Of a DNA stretch of 62,268 nt, positions 36,500-45,278 are shown in pieces (position 1 is the stretch's first letter; every line of letters begins with the position of its first letter). This DNA comes from a virus. Taxonomy: Duplodnaviria; Caudoviricetes. Below the pieces are notes generated by a model that was not told where the DNA came from, did no database searches, and was given only the letters and a program-made list of their open reading frames with translations. Location of the stretch: IMG/VR virus record IMGVR_UViG_3300012927_000093, positions 1 to 62,268 of that record, one strand, 5' to 3'. A program made the translations under genes and the position numbers.

Positions 36500-36930
36500 T
36501 ACGCGCATGATCAGCGCCGGCTCAAAATCCGTACAGACCGCGAAAAACCGGGAGGAAGGGCCTGCGTCTTGATCGATTGACCTTTCGATGCGCGACGCGT
36601 GTAAGGTCTGCGCAGGTCAGGGGCTTGCGAGCTCGAGCCTGGCCGCCGGCGTGGAGCTCTGCCCTGGCCTGGTTCGGTTTGAGAAGAAGATCATTTAGAT
36701 TGTGTGTGATGGGTATGCACTCACACATACACACACGCCTGGGCGGGCACGTGCACATGGACAGTGGGTGGGTGCACGTGGTGCCTCGAGCATGGAGCTC
36801 ATAGGTGGTTGCACCCATGCATGGAGCTCATGGGGATGGGCAGTGCGGGTTGAGGGTGCGGCTGCCTCGCCGGCGCACGGGAGGGAGGGGTGCGGAGGGT
36901 GACCGGCCCGTGCCCTACAGGTAGGGCGTG
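36500..36930. other. Non-coding region, putative genome-end (cos/pac) region
   Basis: Long gap between the HNH side and terS; biased composition, repeated GCATGGAGCTCAT, GTGCAC and CA runs. Confidence 0.45.
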
Positions 36931-36936
36931 TAGGCG

Positions 36937-36975
36937 TTGTGCACAGCAAGCAATGCGAGTAAGCTACTGTGCATG
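36937..36975 (+). promoter_or_regulatory. Leaderless sigA-type promoter, copy 1
   Basis: TTGTGC-17-TAAGCT-ACTGTGC-ATG. Confidence 0.7.
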
Positions 36976-37356
36976 ACCATCATCCGCGCTGCAGCACTGC
37001 TCATAGCTGGTGTGGCAGCTGGTGCCCTCATCACGCACTACAGCATGAGCACTGAGCAGCACAGCGTTGAGGCAGTGCATGTGATCGAGGTGCAGGCGCC
37101 CGATGCAATGCCGCCGTCCACCTACCTGGGCGAGAACGACCCGATCGTGCCCCTGGTGTGTGGTGTGAACCTGAATTGCTCCCAGGTGGACCGGCAGATT
37201 GCTGCCCAGAAGGCCCCGAAAACTCTCAAGGCGAAATCCGCCGCTAACTCTGCGCCCACCACCACCAACACCACGACCAAGTCGGTGCGCACCTCGACCT
37301 CGAAGTCTGGCGCGCACAGCACAACCGTGACGACAACCCACACGACCAAGCATTGA
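36973..37356 (+). CDS. Membrane-anchored/secreted protein with a Thr/Lys-rich tail
   Basis: N-terminal hydrophobic helix; low-complexity C-terminus. Confidence 0.6.
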   Translation: MTIIRAAALLIAGVAAGALITHYSMSTEQHSVEAVHVIEVQAPDAMPPSTYLGENDPIVPLVCGVNLNCSQVDRQIAAQKAPKTLKAKSAANSAPTTTNTTTKSVRTSTSKSGAHSTTVTTTHTTKH

Positions 37357-37421
37357 GCCCAGCGCTCCTGGGTCGCCCGCTCAACCAGTGGTTGGGCGGG
37401 CGATTCTCTGTGCCAAGCTCA

Positions 37422-37459
37422 TTGACATCGTGCCGCTTGAGAGTAAGCTGCTGTGCATG
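37422..37459 (+). promoter_or_regulatory. Leaderless sigA-type promoter, copy 2
   Basis: TTGACA-16-TAAGCT-GCTGTGC-ATG. Confidence 0.75.
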
Positions 37460-37696
37460 ACCACCGCATACGACCCGCACGCTGACTGGGCTCATGAAGA
37501 CCGCGCGATCAGCACCTGCGCGCTACAGCCCGTCCTCGGCCCCATGGTGTACGGCGATGCGTGCGACATCCGCGTTGGCCGGCGCCAGTGCGGTAGCGAG
37601 CTCGGTGTCCGTGAAGCACACGACGCTGACGGCCGCACCCGCATCATCTGCGCCCTGCATGCCCGCAAGCTGTTCCCGAATGGAGAGCAGCGATGA
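37457..37696 (+). CDS. Small Zn-finger protein A
   Basis: CDIRVGRRQCGS...CALH. Confidence 0.65.
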   Translation: MTTAYDPHADWAHEDRAISTCALQPVLGPMVYGDACDIRVGRRQCGSELGVREAHDADGRTRIICALHARKLFPNGEQR

Positions 37697-37902
37697 CATC
37701 CGCTGGATGCGACATCAAGATAGATCGTCAGCTATGCGGTAGCCAACTCAGTCTCCGGCAGGTCGTGGACTTCGATGACCTAGGAGTCACCCACACCCGC
37801 ACGTTGTGCGCGTTGCACCAGGCGCGCTACTTCGATGCACGCTACGTACGAGAGCCGGCATTCGTGCAGACGCTGTCGTTCCGGCACGTACCCGTCGAAT
37901 GA
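37693..37902 (+). CDS. Small Zn-finger protein B (paralog of A)
   Basis: CDIKIDRQLCGS...CALH. Confidence 0.65.
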   Translation: MTSAGCDIKIDRQLCGSQLSLRQVVDFDDLGVTHTRTLCALHQARYFDARYVREPAFVQTLSFRHVPVE

Positions 37903-39134
37903 CCGTCTTCGTCGATGGCGGACTGGCCGGTGAGGACGTGCATCTCCTCGTCGGTCAGTCCGTCGTCACCGTGCCTGGCATTGGCCGCTACCGCATCAAC
38001 GACAACGGCACGTCCACGCTCATGACCGGCTCGAGAGGAAAACCGAAGGTGACCGATTTCAGCGAGTTTGCCGCCCGCATGGGCATCAAGGTGAAGGAGC
38101 CGAAGCCCGTTGTGGTGCGCGAAGCCGCATCGGCGGCTTCGAGGTCCAAGGCAGTGCGACCGACCGACATCATCACGATGATCGGTCAGGAGAAACTGCG
38201 CGTGCGGCTGACAGCCCATATGCGGGCCTCGAAGCTGCTCGGCAAGCCGGTGGGTCACATCCTGCTGCAAGGCCCTCCAGGTCTCGGCAAGACCAGCATT
38301 GCGATGCTCATTGCCGACATGGCGGGTGGCGATCTCGTCATCGCATCCGGTGATGCGCTCAAGACGCCCGAGACGCTGGTCAACGAGCTCGGAGAGCTCA
38401 AGGACGGCGACGTGTACTTCATCGAGGAGATGCACGGTCTGCCCGAGAAGCCCAAGCGCACGTTGTTGACCGCGATGGAGGACGGTCGCGTGGACATCGC
38501 GGTCGGCTCCGGTTCGCGCAGCGTCGTCGAGTCCAAGATGCTGAACGACTTCATCCTGGTCGGCGCCACCACCGAACCGGGCAAGCTCCCGCAGCCGCTA
38601 CTCGACCGATTCGCCATCCGTGGGTCGCTGGACTACTACGACGCTGACGAGATCGCCGAAATCATCACCCAAGCCGCTAAGCGCGACCGCATCAAGATCG
38701 AAGAGGAAGCGGCTACCGAACTAGCGCACCGCAGCCGGCGCACGCCCCGGATTGCGCTCAACCTGCTGGCAATGGCCCATGAGTACGCGGTGGCGTCCGC
38801 TGACTCGACCGATGTACCGGTCACCGTGCTGGACGTCAACCGGGCCCTGGAGATGGAGGACATCGACCACAACGGGCTGACCAAGGCAGACCGCTCGGTG
38901 CTGTGGGACCTGTGCAAGGTGCACAAGGGCGGTCCGGTGGGCCTGACCAACCTGGCCACCGGCGCGGACACCGACAACCGCACGCTTGAGTCCATCGAGT
39001 CGTACCTGATCCGGGCCAAGTACATCATCCGCACCGGTCAGGGCCGGGTGGCGACGAACTGGGGATTCGAGGCTGTCGGGCTCGAGCCGCCGGTGACCGC
39101 GCCGCACGCGGAGGACATGGAGATGGAGGACTAG
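37899..39134 (+). CDS. ruvB: RuvB-like Holliday junction branch-migration AAA+ ATPase with N-terminal extension
   Basis: VRP...IGQEK, HILL.GPPGLGKT, FIEEMH, AMED, LVGATT, PLLDRF, SRRTPRIA, GGPVGL, E.YLI...RT.QGR. Confidence 0.88.
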   Translation: MTVFVDGGLAGEDVHLLVGQSVVTVPGIGRYRINDNGTSTLMTGSRGKPKVTDFSEFAARMGIKVKEPKPVVVREAASAASRSKAVRPTDIITMIGQEKLRVRLTAHMRASKLLGKPVGHILLQGPPGLGKTSIAMLIADMAGGDLVIASGDALKTPETLVNELGELKDGDVYFIEEMHGLPEKPKRTLLTAMEDGRVDIAVGSGSRSVVESKMLNDFILVGATTEPGKLPQPLLDRFAIRGSLDYYDADEIAEIITQAAKRDRIKIEEEAATELAHRSRRTPRIALNLLAMAHEYAVASADSTDVPVTVLDVNRALEMEDIDHNGLTKADRSVLWDLCKVHKGGPVGLTNLATGADTDNRTLESIESYLIRAKYIIRTGQGRVATNWGFEAVGLEPPVTAPHAEDMEMED

Positions 39135-39481
39135 ACCCGGTCGTTCTTGTGCGAGTTGCAACCCCTGCACAGCACGGCGTAGTTGCTCGACTCGTGCATG
39201 AGGTCGGGGCGCACGGTGCGAGGAATGATGTGGTCAGCCGTGAGCTGCTGCGTTCCCGTCGCGTTCGGCACCACCGGATGCGGCGGGAAATCGTTCCACC
39301 CCGGACACACCCACCCGTAGCGAGCGACCCAGTCTGAGATCAGCTGGTGCGCGATGCGCTGGTGTTGCCGCCCGAGCCCCTTGGACGTGGCGCTGGCCCG
39401 GTAGCTGGCGGTTCCGCACTTGCCCCCGCACCGTGAGCCGCGGGTGGGTTGTCCGCAGGCAAGGCACGGTTTGAGCGCCAT
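39131..39481 (-). CDS. Packaging-type HNH endonuclease
   Basis: KPCLACG; LTADHIIP...N..VLCRGCNSHK; position upstream of the end region and terS. Confidence 0.85.
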   Translation of the reverse strand: MALKPCLACGQPTRGSRCGGKCGTASYRASATSKGLGRQHQRIAHQLISDWVARYGWVCPGWNDFPPHPVVPNATGTQQLTADHIIPRTVRPDLMHESSNYAVLCRGCNSHKNDRV

Positions 39482-39546
39482 CGCCGGCGTCCCTTCAGCA
39501 CGTCACGTCTTAGCTGGCATCCGGCGCATTCGCATCGCACAAACAC

Positions 39547-39585
39547 TTGGCATCCATATCATGTTGCTGTAAGCTTCTGTGCATG
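39547..39585 (+). promoter_or_regulatory. Leaderless sigA-type promoter, copy 3
   Basis: TTGGCA-17-TAAGCT-TCTGTGC-ATG. Confidence 0.7.
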
Positions 39586-39843
39586 ACGACGACGAGCTCG
39601 GTGGAGATGACGATCAGCACCTTCGGCCCCGACGGTGCCGTGTTCCTGGCTCCGACCACCAGCACTTGCCCCGACACGTGGCGCGAGGAGCTCGCCAAGA
39701 AGCGGCGCAACCGGAACCTGGCCGAGATCGCCGGCGGCTTCGAGTTCGACTCTTACTGCCCCGGCTACTGGGACCACCAGGAGGACGCCGAGTACATGCA
39801 GGCGATCCGCACTCGGGTCACGTTCACCTCGAAGGAGATCTGA
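39583..39843 (+). CDS. Hypothetical protein
   Basis: 86 aa leaderless ORF upstream of ku. Confidence 0.6.
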   Translation: MTTTSSVEMTISTFGPDGAVFLAPTTSTCPDTWREELAKKRRNRNLAEIAGGFEFDSYCPGYWDHQEDAEYMQAIRTRVTFTSKEI

Positions 39844-39844
39844 C

Positions 39845-40636
39845 ATGTTCTCGAAAGCCACCTGGACCGGCACCATCTCGTTCGGCCTGGTCTCCGTGCC
39901 GGTCAAGCTGTACGGCGCGACCGAAGAGCACGGAATCGAAACGCATGAAGTCCACCCGGTCGACGGGGGTCGGGTGGGCCACAAGCGCGTGTGCAAGGAC
40001 TGCGACAAGGAGATCGCGTATGGCGATCTAGGCCGCAGCGTGGTCGATGTCGATGGCCACACGCACGTGTTCACCAAGTCCGAGCTCGACGCGCTGTCCG
40101 ACGCAAAAGACCACTCGATCACCCTGGACAGTTTCTGCGATCCGGACCAGATCGACCCGCTGTATCTGAGCAAGACGTATTACGTGCGGCCGGACTACAT
40201 GATCCGCAAGCGGGGCGATGCGCCCCGCGCGAACAAGCCGTTCGCGGTGTTCGCCGCTTCGTTGGCCAGCTCAGGCAAAGCGGCCATCGGTCGCGTCGTG
40301 ATGCGGTCGCGGGAATCCCTGGTGGCCATCACCATGCGCGAGGACGTGATGGTGCTGCGCGTGGTGCTGTGGGCCGATGAGATCCGTCAGCCGGTGTTCC
40401 AGGAGCCCGAGGTGCCAGTGGTGGACGTTCCCACTCAGCACGCCATGGAGGCGCTGCAGCTCATCGACGCGCTGACCATCAAGTTCGACATCAACTCGCA
40501 CGTGGACCGGCGCGAGCTCGCGCTGTCGGACCTGATCGCATCGCGGCGCGAGCCGGTCGAGAGCACGGACAGCGACGCCCAGGTGATCGAGCTGTTCAAC
40601 CGGCTGCCCAAGCCCGCCGTCACGCACGCCGTGTGA
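39845..40636 (+). CDS. ku: Ku DNA end-binding protein (NHEJ)
   Basis: WTGTISFGLVSVPVKLYGATE, GRVG.KRVC, IDPLYL.K.YY, AIGRVVMR.RE.L, LWADEIR; RBS AAGGAG. Confidence 0.93.
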   Translation: MFSKATWTGTISFGLVSVPVKLYGATEEHGIETHEVHPVDGGRVGHKRVCKDCDKEIAYGDLGRSVVDVDGHTHVFTKSELDALSDAKDHSITLDSFCDPDQIDPLYLSKTYYVRPDYMIRKRGDAPRANKPFAVFAASLASSGKAAIGRVVMRSRESLVAITMREDVMVLRVVLWADEIRQPVFQEPEVPVVDVPTQHAMEALQLIDALTIKFDINSHVDRRELALSDLIASRREPVESTDSDAQVIELFNRLPKPAVTHAV

Positions 40637-40652
40637 CGCCCAACAACTGGAC

Positions 40653-40979
40653 GTGACCACCACGGGAGGTGTAGAAACTGTGCGTAGCAATCTACGGACG
40701 GGGTGTGTGGTGGCGCGAGCATCAGCGGCGAGGCTGGCCAGCAAGATCGAGGAGCTGCAGGCCGAGTACGAACAGGCCGTCGCCCACCAACATGATGATC
40801 TACTCGGTGCGATCTCGAACGTTGCCGCTGTGCTGCGCAACGCTACCGAGCTGAAGATCAAGCTGGTGCGCGAGGCGCTAGCCCAGCACCAGGCGGGCAA
40901 CGGACCGGAGCGGCAGCAGATCGCCGCAGCGGCTGAGATGTCGCGCAACGCCCTGTACTACCCGCCGTACAAGGACTAG
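40653..40979 (+). CDS. Hypothetical helical protein, possible C-terminal HTH (start uncertain)
   Basis: RQQIAAAAEMSRNALY. Confidence 0.5.
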   Translation: MTTTGGVETVRSNLRTGCVVARASAARLASKIEELQAEYEQAVAHQHDDLLGAISNVAAVLRNATELKIKLVREALAQHQAGNGPERQQIAAAAEMSRNALYYPPYKD

Positions 40980-41260
40980 CGCACCAACCCACGGTCCGTG
41001 TCCGGCGCCGTGCCCATGTCCGCGACTGGGGGCAGCATCATCAGATACATGCGCCGCTCGAGCAGCAGATCACGGTCGGCGGTCAGCGTGGCGATCAGGT
41101 CCGGGAACTTGTCGTCGCGTCGATAATTGCCGACTCGGCGGGTCAGATCGGTGATCTCGGAGTCGACGCGGGCCAGAGTCGGAACGAAGTACTTCTTGTT
41201 GGCGTTGCCGACCACATACTCGGCGCCTACCTGGTCATCGGGAGTGTTCAAGCGACCCAT
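40976..41260 (-). CDS. Hypothetical protein
   Basis: 94 aa; D.D.LLERR motif. Confidence 0.55.
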   Translation of the reverse strand: MGRLNTPDDQVGAEYVVGNANKKYFVPTLARVDSEITDLTRRVGNYRRDDKFPDLIATLTADRDLLLERRMYLMMLPPVADMGTAPDTDRGLVR

Positions 41261-41275
41261 GATCGGCCCCCAAAG

Positions 41276-41533
41276 CTACTCAGCAGGTGGAGTCCATCCG
41301 TGCTTGATCAGGAGTTCGCGGGTGCCGGCTGCGGGGAAGATGAGCTTGGCAGGCCGGTCGAACCGCCTCTGCTCGGCGATGCACATGTCGAGCTCGACCT
41401 GTACGACAGAGTTGATGTCGGCGGTAATGCGCAGGTCGCTGAACAGGCCCGACACGTCCTCGTCGTCGATCTCGACGTGCGTGTTCCGGCCGGCGTTGCT
41501 GTCGTTCCAGATCTTGAACTTCATATCCGACAT
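41276..41533 (-). CDS. Hypothetical protein
   Basis: 85 aa; ELLIKHGWTPP C-terminus frequent in phages. Confidence 0.6.
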   Translation of the reverse strand: MSDMKFKIWNDSNAGRNTHVEIDDEDVSGLFSDLRITADINSVVQVELDMCIAEQRRFDRPAKLIFPAAGTRELLIKHGWTPPAE

Positions 41534-42198
41534 CCGTTGCTCCCCGTAAGCGGCCCGACCGTGACCGGTTCACCGGCCGGCGGGTTGACGATGATCTGCG
41601 CGGACCCGGTGTAAGAGTTCATGCACGCGTCCGAGGCGGACTTCGAGAAGCCCTGGCCGTCGACCCACAGATCGAAGTGCTTACTCGACGCGGACGACGC
41701 GCCAGTGTCTTCGACGATGAAGTAGCGCTTGAGCTTCGCCACGTAGAGGCGGGTGCCCTTGGCCGTCTCCGGACTGCCCGCGCTACCGGGTACCGCTGTG
41801 GTGATGGGGTCAGCGAACGTGCCCGTGCCGCCAGCCTTGGAGTGCAGTACCGGCATGGAGATGTCGGCGCTACCGGGTGGGGTGTTGTCCTGGAACGAGT
41901 AGCCAGTGATCTCAGCCGTGATCGTTTGTTGCGTACCAGACTGAACCGTTCCCCCGGTCACGCCCGTCGCTGTGTTTGCAGTGTTGTCGGTCGACGGGAT
42001 TACGGTGTCTGGCTGATCTGAGCTCGAGGAGTCATCACCCGAGTCATCGGAGCTGTCATCGCTCGAGTAGCTGTCGCGCTGCTGCCCGAACAGGCTGTGC
42101 CCATGCCCGTGGTGGTGCCCGGGGCTCGCGTACGCGGCGGGCACGGTGGTGAGCAGGGCCAGGGTTGCGGCGGCGCAGACGAGCAGGGTCTTTCCCAT
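41521..42198 (-). CDS. Secreted protein: His-rich/acidic linker + 3D/RlpA-like double-psi-barrel domain
   Basis: Signal peptide …AYA/SP; TGYSFQDNTPPGS...GTRLYV...FIVEDTG...HFDLWV. Confidence 0.65.
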   Translation of the reverse strand: MGKTLLVCAAATLALLTTVPAAYASPGHHHGHGHSLFGQQRDSYSSDDSSDDSGDDSSSSDQPDTVIPSTDNTANTATGVTGGTVQSGTQQTITAEITGYSFQDNTPPGSADISMPVLHSKAGGTGTFADPITTAVPGSAGSPETAKGTRLYVAKLKRYFIVEDTGASSASSKHFDLWVDGQGFSKSASDACMNSYTGSAQIIVNPPAGEPVTVGPLTGSNGCRI

Positions 42199-42220
42199 GG
42201 GTGCCCCCGGGGTTGGGCAA

Positions 42221-42256
42221 GAAAAAGCCCCACCTGACTGGAATCCAGGTGGGGCT
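42221..42256 (-). terminator. Intrinsic terminator downstream of the putative late promoter
   Basis: 11-bp stem AGCCCCACCTG/CAGGTGGGGCT followed by TTTTCTT on the minus strand. Confidence 0.8.
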
Positions 42257-42365
42257 CTCCAACAGCTGCGCGATTTGCTCAGCGGCGAACTGTGGATTGG
42301 AGCAGAGACTACCGGGCGTTGATCTACCTCGTCAACTATCACCATGTCACGCGTCGGTCAACCCC

Positions 42366-43181
42366 CTACGACGCGATCTTTCGGGGACGCCGCTCGGCCT
42401 CTTCCTGGGCGATGTCGTGGTACATGCGGATGATGTCCCCCACTCGATAAAGGGGCGGCCCGTTGCGCCTGAGTGGCGGATGCTGAGTGACGCTGTCGCG
42501 GCGACGGCGCAGCAGTCCCTTGAGCTTGTCCACGTCCACCGCGCGGCCGAGCAGGCCGGGCAACGCCCTAGAGATCTCCGGCGCCGTCAACAGGTGGTCC
42601 TCCGCTTTTCCCAGCAACCACCGCCGACGCGCCTCGATCGGGTACACCGCGCCGCAGTCCGGGGTCTTGCACTCCACCTCGGCTGCGCTCGGGTGCGCGT
42701 ACAGGTCGTGGTCACAGTCCTCGCACGGGCCTACATAGACGCGTGGCACCGGCTTGTCGATCGCGCGGACGCACACCCCCTTGGCGTACCCGATCTCGTC
42801 CGCGATCTGCCCGGCGGCCGGGTCGGTGAGGATGGTGGCCACGTGATCCAGCAGGTAGTTCGCAAGGCGCAGCTCATCCCACCCGCCGCCGGAGAGACCC
42901 TCGAGCCGGCCCGCGATATGCATGGTCCACGACGCGAGGGTGACGTTGAGGTCACGGCGCGCTTCCATGGCGTGCAACCGGATCGGCAGCGGGCGTTCGT
43001 CGCCGCTGCGCCCGTCCGGATCGGAGATGCGGTCCTGGCGGGTGGTGGTGACCTCGAGGTCTTCGAGAAGCCACGGAATGGCCCCCAGGTCACGCTTGAG
43101 GGTGTCGGTGCAGTTGCGGCAGAGGAAACCGTTCAAAGCAGGGAACGAGCAGTGGGGCGCACTACAGAGGGTGCTGGTCAC
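42366..43181 (-). CDS. Putative late-gene regulator (Zn fingers + C-terminal HTH)
   Basis: LCRNC, GPCEDC...C.TPDCG, LLTAPEI...PLYRVGDI; last early gene. Confidence 0.65.
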   Translation of the reverse strand: MTSTLCSAPHCSFPALNGFLCRNCTDTLKRDLGAIPWLLEDLEVTTTRQDRISDPDGRSGDERPLPIRLHAMEARRDLNVTLASWTMHIAGRLEGLSGGGWDELRLANYLLDHVATILTDPAAGQIADEIGYAKGVCVRAIDKPVPRVYVGPCEDCDHDLYAHPSAAEVECKTPDCGAVYPIEARRRWLLGKAEDHLLTAPEISRALPGLLGRAVDVDKLKGLLRRRRDSVTQHPPLRRNGPPLYRVGDIIRMYHDIAQEEAERRPRKIAS

Positions 43182-43263
43182 CGACGGCCAACCTTCCGTT
43201 AGTCTTCGCGGTGCCCGCCACCCCCGGAACACGTGGTGGTTGCTGTCAGTACGGGAGAGTTCG

Positions 43264-43297
43264 GTGTTGCCCCCACTTCCTCGGGTGGGGGCAACAC
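43264..43297. terminator. Stem-loop
   Basis: Perfect 13-bp inverted repeat GTGTTGCCCCCAC/GTGGGGGCAACAC just after a stop codon. Confidence 0.55.
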
Positions 43298-44167
43298 TTA
43301 TGTGCGGGGCATCGCGTCCAACAGAAGCTGCTGGGCTCGCTCAAAGCGCTCGAGCCGGAACTCCATCTTGTTCATCTGAATCAGGTAGTCGGTGAGGCGC
43401 TTCTCAAGGGCGGCGATCCGGCGCGGCAGGTCCGAAACCTCGCTGTTCACGCGCCGCACACTGACCGAGTGCTCGGGCTCTTCCTGGAAGTGATCCATGA
43501 CGGTGTCGCCCAGCGCGTCAGTGGAGACCACGGTCGACCACTTGCACTGATAGCACTCGAATACGACCTTCACGCCACTTCCCTCTCCACGCAGTTCTCT
43601 CGGTGCAGCAGGTCGACCGCGACCAGGTCCAGCGGGTCGGCCCCGGCCAGTACGACGCCGCAGCACGGCGTCTTGTAGATGGCGCGGCGGTTCATGCTCG
43701 GGTGCCGGTTGATCGCGGCCAGCAGTTCGGGGCTTCGGTGCAACGTGCGGCGGTCACGCAGGCGCACCACGATGCAGCCGATGGCCGTGAGCGCGACCGG
43801 GACCAGGCCGAGGGCGAGTTTGGCGAGGTTGGTCATCGCTTCACCTGGAATCCGAAGCTGCCGTGCGACCGCAGATGCTCTAACAACGCGGTGAGCGCGG
43901 CGTCGCGGGTCGGGAATCCCTTAGCTCCTCGAGCGCAGGTCTGGCGGCATTCCCAGATCCATCGGCTATCGCGCTTCGCTACGACCGGGCGCGTCACGCC
44001 TCCTCCTCGGGCCCGAACCGCAGCACCGGCTGACCCGGCGACCAGCGGAACCGCTCGCTGGTGTTAGTGATGGGCGCGACGAGCCGGCACCAGCACCTGT
44101 CGTCGCACTGCTCGACGGACAGGGTGTCGATGGCGCGGATCATGTCCGCGGTGTCGGAGACGCTCAC
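43298..44167 (-). other. Run of four small coupled ORFs (43298-43573, 43570-43836, ~43833-43997, 43994-44167), several with Cys/His Zn motifs
   Basis: GTGA/ATGA overlaps. Confidence 0.55.
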
Positions 44168-44730
44168 CACGTCACCCCGAACTGTCGCAACGTAGCCCAA
44201 GCCTGTTTGATTCTGTCGCAGGATTTGCACACCCGGCCCCCGTCACGGCGCACCCGGACGTTGTCCCCGGCCTTGACGTGGATGCGGCGCGAGCACCGGA
44301 CGATCGGGGCACCGGCGAGGTCGGCCGAGGGCAGCTCCGGGGCGGCCCGCATCTCGTCGATGATGTGTTTCGCGTTGGCGATCGCGTCGGCGCGGCGCTT
44401 CTCGTGGGCCCACATCGGTGCGCCCTGGCGGTGCGCGGGTAGGTGCGGGTAGCGCAGCGGGGCCGAAACGGGGGCTGTGCGGGCCGCTGAGGGCTTGGGA
44501 ACCAGTCGCAGGGGTTCCGGGGTGGGCGGCACGTAGCCGAGCGCTACGCGGCGGCTCAGGAGCATTGCGTCGGCTACCGCTTCGAGGCCGAGCACCGCCA
44601 GCATCTCGGCTAGGTCCGGGCCGCGGAACCGACGCATCACGGTAAGTACCGCGCTGTGCGACTCATCGGTGACCACGTGTGAGTTCAGGGTCTCCGTGCT
44701 GCCGCCGTTAAACGGGTCGATCGCGCTCAT
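44164..44730 (-). CDS. Hypothetical protein with an HNH-type C-terminal Zn domain
   Basis: CSRRIH...NVRVRRDGGRVCKSCDR. Confidence 0.55.
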   Translation of the reverse strand: MSAIDPFNGGSTETLNSHVVTDESHSAVLTVMRRFRGPDLAEMLAVLGLEAVADAMLLSRRVALGYVPPTPEPLRLVPKPSAARTAPVSAPLRYPHLPAHRQGAPMWAHEKRRADAIANAKHIIDEMRAAPELPSADLAGAPIVRCSRRIHVKAGDNVRVRRDGGRVCKSCDRIKQAWATLRQFGVTW

Positions 44731-45278
44731 GCGGCTCCCTCCAGTTCGGTGGTGCGCTCTGGCCACTCGGCCTTGACGGTCTTGTGCCGCTCGAGCGTCG
44801 GCACGTCCATGCCCAGCCACACCGCGCCCAGGTGGGCGAGGCCCGCGGCGTCCGCCATGTCCGCGTTGCCGTCGAAGTCGGGCCACAGCCGCTGCACCGC
44901 CAGGGCGAGCTGAACCTTGTCCGCCTTGCCCGACCCGAAGATGGCCAGCTTCAGCGAGGTCGGCGGCACGATCGCCACCGGCACTTCCCGGCGGATCAGC
45001 CCGCCCGCAACGAACCAGAACAGCGCGGCCCGGTCGATCAGGCTGCCGGCCTTCGGCCCGGTGAACAGCCCCTCGATCACGGCCAGGTCACACACACCGG
45101 CGTGGTGCAGGATGCCGTTGCCCAGCTCGGTCAGCCTCGCGTGCCGCTCGACCAGCGACGCGGCTCGCTTGCCCTTGGACGTGATCGTGTCGGTGACCAT
45201 CTTGGTGCCGCGGCTGGTTTCGAGGCAGATGGCGATGCCGGTGCAGGTGAGGGAAAGGTCCAACCCGGCGCATTTCAC
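44727..45278 (-). CDS. RuvC-like Holliday junction resolvase
   Basis: GLDLSLTCTG, VIEG, VPPTSLK...GSGKADK, DMADA. Confidence 0.9.
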   Translation of the reverse strand: MKCAGLDLSLTCTGIAICLETSRGTKMVTDTITSKGKRAASLVERHARLTELGNGILHHAGVCDLAVIEGLFTGPKAGSLIDRAALFWFVAGGLIRREVPVAIVPPTSLKLAIFGSGKADKVQLALAVQRLWPDFDGNADMADAAGLAHLGAVWLGMDVPTLERHKTVKAEWPERTTELEGAA

